Of a stretch of DNA of 64,000 nt, positions 57,110-64,000 are shown in pieces (the first letter of the stretch is position 1; each line of letters opens with the position of its first letter). The DNA comes from Eledone cirrhosa. Taxonomy: Eukaryota. Under the pieces are notes generated by a model. The model ran no database searches, was not told the origin of the DNA, and saw only the letters and a program-made list of their open reading frames with translations. The position numbers and the translations under genes were made by a program. The stretch covers positions 38,502,001-38,566,000 of the forward strand of contig OZ024741.1 of NCBI GenBank assembly GCA_964016885.1. The letters run 5' to 3'.

Positions 57110-57430
57110 GAAGAATCGAATTACATTGAATGTTAGGACGCTCCTTGACAGGGAATCATTTACAAATTCAGAAAGCAGAACTGTTATTTTTGGCAGAGAA
57201 TTGAGCAGATATAATATTGATCTCGCTACACTCTCCGAAACCCATCTTAGTGGTGAAGGTCATCTATCAGAAAGGAGTTCTGGCTATACGTTATTTTGGA
57301 AAGGGAAGCCGAATGGTGAGAAAATAAATGGAGGAGTAGGTTTTGCTGCCAGGCCAAAAGTTACAAATTGGCTGGAGAAAACACAAGGCATTGGTAATCT
57401 AATTATGCATCTAAGAGTGCAATGGTCAAT
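57110..57430 (+). pseudogene. RTE-clade AP-endonuclease N-terminal fragment
   Basis: TLNVRTLLDR..RELSRYNIDLATLSET..GEG..GYTLFWKG..GGVGFA. Confidence 0.8.
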
Positions 57431-57737
57431 GAAGAGATGGCACTCTTATGACAACGAGTAGCATATATATATAATTAGACGGAAGATTTGCTTCGAAGTC
57501 GCTAGACGTATCTGAGGAACTTACGAATGCAGAGTCAGGTTCGATCCACAAATAGATCGTACCTCGAGCGGTTCACCGGAGAAACAATTGTAATATGTTA
57601 ATAAGTTGTGTTTCGTTGCAGCACTGATTCTTCATTTTCTATGATATTATATTCTGCTCTGAAGGAGCATAGGGTGCTCAAACGGCATACCGCCTATGGA
57701 CGCATCTAAGCATTCTTACAACAAATATATATATATA

Positions 57738-58548
57738 CTAGCAGAATGGCCCGGTGTTGCTCGGGATTTGCTCTAGGGTTCTTATATATTTGATATATAT
57801 TTATCCTTATCGAGCCTCGTGAAATAAATACGTTTGTTTATATTTTGCTATTGTGTATGCAAAAATATCTGTCCATGAATATATAATTATATATATATAT
57901 TAAAATAACAGAATAAAGTTTAAGCAAAGAATCACTGCTTTCACACTTAACGGGATCTTCTGAAACTAAAAAAATCAATCTGTGAACGCAGAAAATGAAT
58001 CGTTGCTTAACGGGATATTCTACCTAAAAGCAGTATGAAGTACACTAAGACTAGCTGATGTAATCTTTGGCCTTGTTTGTTTATATTTTGTTTTTGTGTA
58101 TGCAAAAATATCTGTACACGAATATCTATATTAAAATAACATATTAATGTTTAAGCAAAGAATCGCTGCTTTCAACCTTAACGGGATCTTCTTAAACTAA
58201 AAAAATCAATCTGGAAAACAGGAAGACGATACTTTGGTTCGTGAAGACGTTCCCTGGCATAAGAATATATATACACACACACTGATCGCGTCATAATGAC
58301 GTAATGCAGACAGTCAGGCATACAGACAGATATTATGAAGGAGCGACGTCATATCTATGTATCTATCTAAAAAGAGAAAGACTAAGAGAAAGAGAAAGAG
58401 ATCGCTAAATCGCCTAATGCGGTCCCTAGGGCATTGAAAATTTGGGAACACTTCCGGGGCCATACGGGTTACATGTGTGAAGTTTGAAAAAAAAACGGTT
58501 GGGTACTTCTCGAGTTTTAGGGAAACAGACACACAGACAGACATCCTC

Positions 58549-58560
<12 letters not shown>
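57738..58560 (-). mobile_element. Non-autonomous Helitron
   Basis: Minus-strand 3' end CCCGAGCAACACCGGGCCATTCTGCTAG. The 5' part is homologous to 36630-36900 (CCCTAGGGACCGCATTAGGCGATTTAGCGATCT). Confidence 0.78.
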
Positions 58561-58591
<31 letters not shown>

Positions 58592-58609
58592 GGTGTGTGT
58601 TTGTGTGTA

Positions 58610-58676
<67 letters not shown>

Positions 58677-58831
58677 TTGTGTGTATCTGTATATATATAT
58701 ATATATATGAACTTGACCATTACTGTAGACTTCACCACCCTTTGATGACATAAATTCTTCTGCAGAGTAAGTTAATAGGGTCACTTAACGAAATCAGTTT
58801 ATTTGCTTAGAATAAATGAACCTTAAAATAG

Positions 58832-61800
58832 GTGTGGTGGTCCATATGTATGTGATTGTCTATATCTACTTAGTGTGAATGTGGTGGTCCATATGTATAT
58901 GATTGTCTATATCTACTTAGTGTGAATGTGGTGGTCCATATGTATATGATTGTCTATATCTACTTAGTGTGAATGTGGTGGTCCATATGTATATGATTGT
59001 CTATATCTACTTAGTGTGAATATGGTGGTCCATATGTATATGATTGTCTATATCTACTTAGTGTGAATGTGGTGATCCATATGTATGTGATTGTCTATAT
59101 CTACTTAGTGTGAATGTGGTGATCCATATGTATATGATTGTCTATATCTACTTAGTGTGAATGTCGTGGTCCATATGGATGTGATTGTCTATATCTACTT
59201 AGTGTGAATGTCGTGATCCATATGGATGTGATTGTCTATATCTACTTAGTGTGAATGTCGTGGTCCATATGGATGTGATTGTCTATATCTACTTAGTGTG
59301 AATGTGGTGGTCCATATGTATGTGATTGTCTATATCTACTTAGTGTGAATGTGGTGGTCCATATGTATATGATTGTCTATATCTACTTAGTGTGAATGTG
59401 GTGGTCCATATGTATATGATTGTCTATATCTACTTAGTGTGAATGTCGTGGTCCATATGGATGTGATTGTCTATATCTACTTAGTGTGAATGTGGTGGTC
59501 CATATGTATGTGATTGTCTATATCTACTTAGTGTGAATGTGGAGGTCCATATGTATGTGATTGTCTATATCTACTTAGTGTGAATGTGGAGGTCCATATG
59601 TATGTGATTGTCTATATCTACTTAGTGTGAATGTGGAGGTCCATATATATGTGATTGTCTATATCTACTTAGTGTGAATGTGGAGGTCCATATGTATGTG
59701 ATTGTCTATATCTAGTTAGTGTGAATGTAGTGGTCCATATGTATGTGATTGTCTATATCAACTTAGTGTGAATGTGGTGGTCCATATGTATGTGATTGTC
59801 TATATCTACTTAGTGTGAACGTGGTGCTCCATATGTATGTGATTGTCTATATCTACTTAGTGTGAATGTGGTGGTCCATATGGATGTGATTGTCTATATC
59901 TACTTAGTGTCAATGTGGTGGTCCATATGGATGTGATTGTCTATATCTACTTAGTGTGAATGTGGTGGTCCATATGTATGTGATTATCTATATCTGCTTA
60001 GTGTGAATGTGGAGGTCCATATGTATGTGATTGTCTATATCTACTTAGTGTGAATGTGGAGGTCCATATGTATGTGATTGTCTATATCTACTTAGTGTGA
60101 ATGTCGTGGTCCATATGTATGTGATTGTCTATATCTACTTAGTGTGAATGTGGTGGTCTATATGTATGTGATTGTCTATATCTACTTAGTGTGAACGTGG
60201 TGGTCCATATGTATGTGATTGTCTATATCTAGTTAGTGTGAATGTCGTGGTCCATATGTATGTGATTGTCTATATCTACTTAGTGTGAATGTGGTGGTCC
60301 ATATGTGTGTGATTGTCTATATCTACTTAGTGTGAATGTGGTGGTCCATATGAATGTGATTGTCTATATCAACTTAGTGTGAATGTGGAGGTCCATATGT
60401 ATGTGATTGTCTATATCTACTTAGTGTGAATGTGGTGGTCCATATGTATGTGATTATCTATATCTGCTTAGTGTGAATGTGGAGGTCCATATGTATGTGA
60501 TTGTTTATATCTACTTAGTGTGAATGTGGAGGTCCATATGTATGGGATTGTCTATAAGTACTTAGTGTGAATGTCGTAGTCCTTATGTATGTGATTGTCT
60601 ATATCTACTTAGTGTGAACGTGGTGGTCCATATGTATGTGATTGTCTATATCTACTTAGTGTGAATGTGGTGGTCCATATGGATGTGATGGTCTATATCT
60701 ACTTAGTATGAATGTGGTGGTCTATATGTATGTGATTGTCTATATCTACTTAGTGTGAACGTGGTGGTCCATATGTATGTGATTGTCTATATCTACTTAG
60801 TGTGAATGTGGTGGTCCATATGGATGTGATTGTCTATATCTACTTAGTGTGAATGTGGTGGTCCATATGGATGTGATTGTCTATATCTACTTAGTGTGAA
60901 CATGGTGGTCCATATGTATGTGATTGTCTATATCTACTTAGTGTGAACGCGGTGGTCCATATGTATGTGATTGTCTATATCTACTTAGTGTGAATGTGGT
61001 GGTCCATATGTATGTGATTATCTATATCTGCTTAGTGTGAATGTGGAGGTCCATATGGATGTGATTGTCTATATCTACTTAGTGTGAATCTGGTGGTCCA
61101 TATGTATGTGATTGTCTATATCTACTTAGTGTGAATGTGGAGGTCCATATGGATGTGATTGTCTATATCTACTTAGTGTGAATCTGGTGGTCCATATGGA
61201 TGTGATTGTCTATATCTACTTAGTGTGAATGTGGACGTCCATATGTATGTGATTGTCTATATCTTGTTAGTGTGAATGTGGTGGTCCATATGGATGTGAT
61301 TGTCTATATCTACTTAGTGTGAATCTGGTGGTCCATATGGATGTGATTGTCTATATCTACTTAGTGTGAATCTGGTGGTCCATATGTATGTGATTGTCTA
61401 TATCTACTTAGCGTGAATGTGGAGGTCCATATGGATGTGATTGTCTATATCTACTTAGTGTGAATCTGGTGGTCCATATGGATGTGATTTTCTATATCTA
61501 CTTAGTGTGAATGTGGAGGTCCATATGGATGTGATTGTCTATATCTACTTAGTGTGAATGTGGAGGTCCATATGGATGTGATTGTCTATATCTACCTAGT
61601 GTGAATGTGGAGGTCCATATGGATGTGATTGTCTATATCTACTTAGTGTGAATGTGGAGGTCCATATGGATGTGATTGTCTATATCTACTTAGTGTGAAT
61701 GTGGAGGTCCATATGGATGTGATTGTCTATATCTACCTAGTGTGAATGTGGAGGTCCATATGGATGTGATTGTCTATATCTACCTAGTGTGAATGTGGAG

Positions 61801-61926
61801 GTCCATATGGATGTGATTGTCTATATCTACCTAGTGTGAATGTGGAGGTCCATATGGATGTGATTGTCTATATCTACTTAGTGTGAATGTGGAGGTCCAT
61901 ATGTATGTGATTTTCTATATCTAGTT
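58832..61926. repeat. 47-bp tandem satellite, about 66 copies
   Basis: Unit GTGTGAATGTGGTGGTCCATATGTATGTGATTGTCTATATCTACTTA, head-to-tail with no spacers. Confidence 0.97.
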
Positions 61927-62233
61927 AATTTTAATGCCTTTTACATTTGCCTTCGTATTATTCTGTATATTTCTCTAAATAATCTTTTTTCAAAAAATCC
62001 CGTTTTTTAATTCGATCAGCCAATAACCTCCACTCGTCCCAATCACCACCCTCCCCTACCACCAAAAAACGTATCAATACCACCATATCACAATGACAGT
62101 TGGCTTTAATGATGATTTCCTTTGAATGAAACAGTTCTAGTCTTGTAGAAGCCACTTCTATATTAAATATTGTATACACTATACTATGTATTGAGTACCT
62201 TACTTACTGTGATTACCCACGATTGAACCCGAG

Positions 62234-62300
<67 letters not shown>

Positions 62301-63094
62301 TATATATATATATATACAGTCAAGGCCATATGCAGTTGTGTGTAATAAACTTACACACTACTGCATATAGACTTCACTGTATTTAATATTCTATAATGCT
62401 CCGGCTTGCAATGTTTATAGATGTCGTGGAGCGTTTAATTCTATCTGGATGACCGTTAACCAACTAGAATGTGAATTGTACAAACCTGGCCCGTTAGCTC
62501 CCTCTAAAAATAATACATACATTCATACAGGATGGCTGCAAATTCTGCGAAGAGTACTGCAATCGCTTGTCAGGTTATAGAGTTTGGTGCACTTTTAGGC
62601 TATGGCTAGTCACACAAACCCTGAACAAGCAATCCTTGTGCTTTGAAGGATTTTCTAAGTGGGGAAGGGCCTTGCACTCGTCCAATCCCACCCTCTGATC
62701 ATCGTAAACACTACCCGAAAAGGAGAACTAGTCAAAATCATTGGATGCTTCCGAAGCCGCAGATTTTTTCTTTTTTTCAAAGTTTCCCTCTCCTAGAAAC
62801 GTGTTGTGACAACAACTGGAGGCCTTTCCCTCCCAGATGGAAAAAAAGTACTATTTGGATGGCCGTTGACTCTGTTGAGTTCCTCCGCTCTTGACCGAGT
62901 CTTGTATTTCATCCCGCAGGGTGTCCAAATATCACCCTCCTCACCAAACTAGCTTGGTGGGGTTTCCGGTTTAATCGGCGCGGACCCGACCATCACTTAC
63001 GTACATGTATTCGTACGTACCTACATATATTCATACACACACAAACACACATATTCATTCATGCATAGTGTGAGTATCTATAATTGAAATACTA

Positions 63095-63545
63095 CGAGGG
63101 GATGCTGAAAAGTTCCTGGCTTTGGGTAAAATAAAATACAAGAGGATCAGTTAATTATAACTTTATTCAACATATTCCCCTCTCAGATCCACACACTTAT
63201 TCCCCTGTCCTTCAGTTTTTCTAAGCCCTCTAAAAAGAACTCGGAAGTTTGGGCCTCCATCCAGGTCTCTGTAGCAGCTTAACTCGTTAGTTACCAGCCC
63301 GGCCAGAAACCGAGTATGGTTCTATGAAATAAAACCACATATTTTAAAGGTTTCCAATTTAAATTAAAATCTTCCAGCCTAATTTTATATAAGAACCTTA
63401 CATTAAGTTACTATTTTGGTAATGAAATAATTAATGATTTTAGAAAATCCATAAAAATTCTTCATAAATTAATTAGTATAGTGTACATTTCATTTAAATA
63501 CGGTCATTAAAGGGTTAAAGACAGAACATTTTCAGCATCCCCTTG
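63095..63545. mobile_element. Mariner-type non-autonomous element with a nested TTAA-flanked MITE (~63279-63518)
   Basis: TA|CGAGGGGATGCTGAAAAGTTC pairs with GAACATTTTCAGCATCCCCTTG. Internal TTAACTCGTTAGTTACC...GGTCATTAAAGGGTTAA. Confidence 0.65.
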
Positions 63546-64000
63546 TTTTGTAGCTAAGTATAAGGGTTAAGAAATCAGAGGTTGGGTAAGAAGTTTTATA
63601 GTTGGTGGTGGTAAGAGGTGAATGATGGTAAGAAATGAAGAAGTGAGGTGAACAAATAGGCGTGTTTTGGGAGTACACGATTAGTAGGATAATGGAGTGT
63701 ATAATAGCTTAGACGGGGTTTGTAACACTGACATCAATAGTAGACAGAGAAATAGGGTGTTGGAGTGAATATGATTTTGTAATGTAGGGGGAATATATTG
63801 TGTTGTGTGCGTAGATTGAACGTTTTATGTGCCTCATTTACATGTATGTTTGTTCGTGCGTGCAGTGTATGTATGTGCATATGTGTGTCAATGTGTGTGC
63901 CTGTGTGTGCGTTTGTTTGTGGATGCGTATGTGTGTGTGTGTGTGTGTATGTGTGTGTGTGCGTCATTGTATTATTGTGTGCACGCGTGCGTGCTTGTGT

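Noticed and set aside
58832-61926. CRISPR-like array
   Set aside because: Units are contiguous with no unique spacers, there are no cas genes, and the context is eukaryotic.
62900-62995. HDV-like ribozyme in a possible RTE 5' UTR
   Set aside because: Hairpins are present, but I could not assemble the nested double pseudoknot by eye.

Overview
Eukaryotic, AT-rich, microsatellite-saturated non-coding DNA. The SINE families and (TA)n/(CA)n density suggest an invertebrate, most likely a cephalopod such as Octopus; this is inference, not checked by search. No host protein-coding gene, rRNA, true tRNA or CRISPR array is supported, and nearly all ORF-track entries are translations of simple repeats. 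The interpretable content is mobile DNA. It includes several Penelope-like elements (PLEs; RT plus C-terminal GIY-YIG) with inverted pseudo-LTRs, a Buster-type hAT transposon nested in one PLE, and a CRE-like non-LTR element whose PHD-like plus RT half is inverted relative to its endonuclease half. Also present are a 5'-truncated Tx1/L1-clade LINE, RTE fragments, four non-autonomous Helitrons plus a RepHel relic, MITEs, two tRNA-derived SINE families, a 3-kb CAT/CAC triplet array and a 47-bp satellite. The most notable signal is roughly 20 type I hammerhead ribozyme motifs from about 10 different repeat families, found by eye. Several carry a U3-A8 core variant. Two non-coding families have circularly permuted units of ~435 bp and ~475-490 bp, each with a hammerhead, inserted as greater-than-monomer inverted arrays in (TA)n tracts. 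These are candidate retrozyme-like circular-RNA elements that may use the neighbouring PLE machinery.
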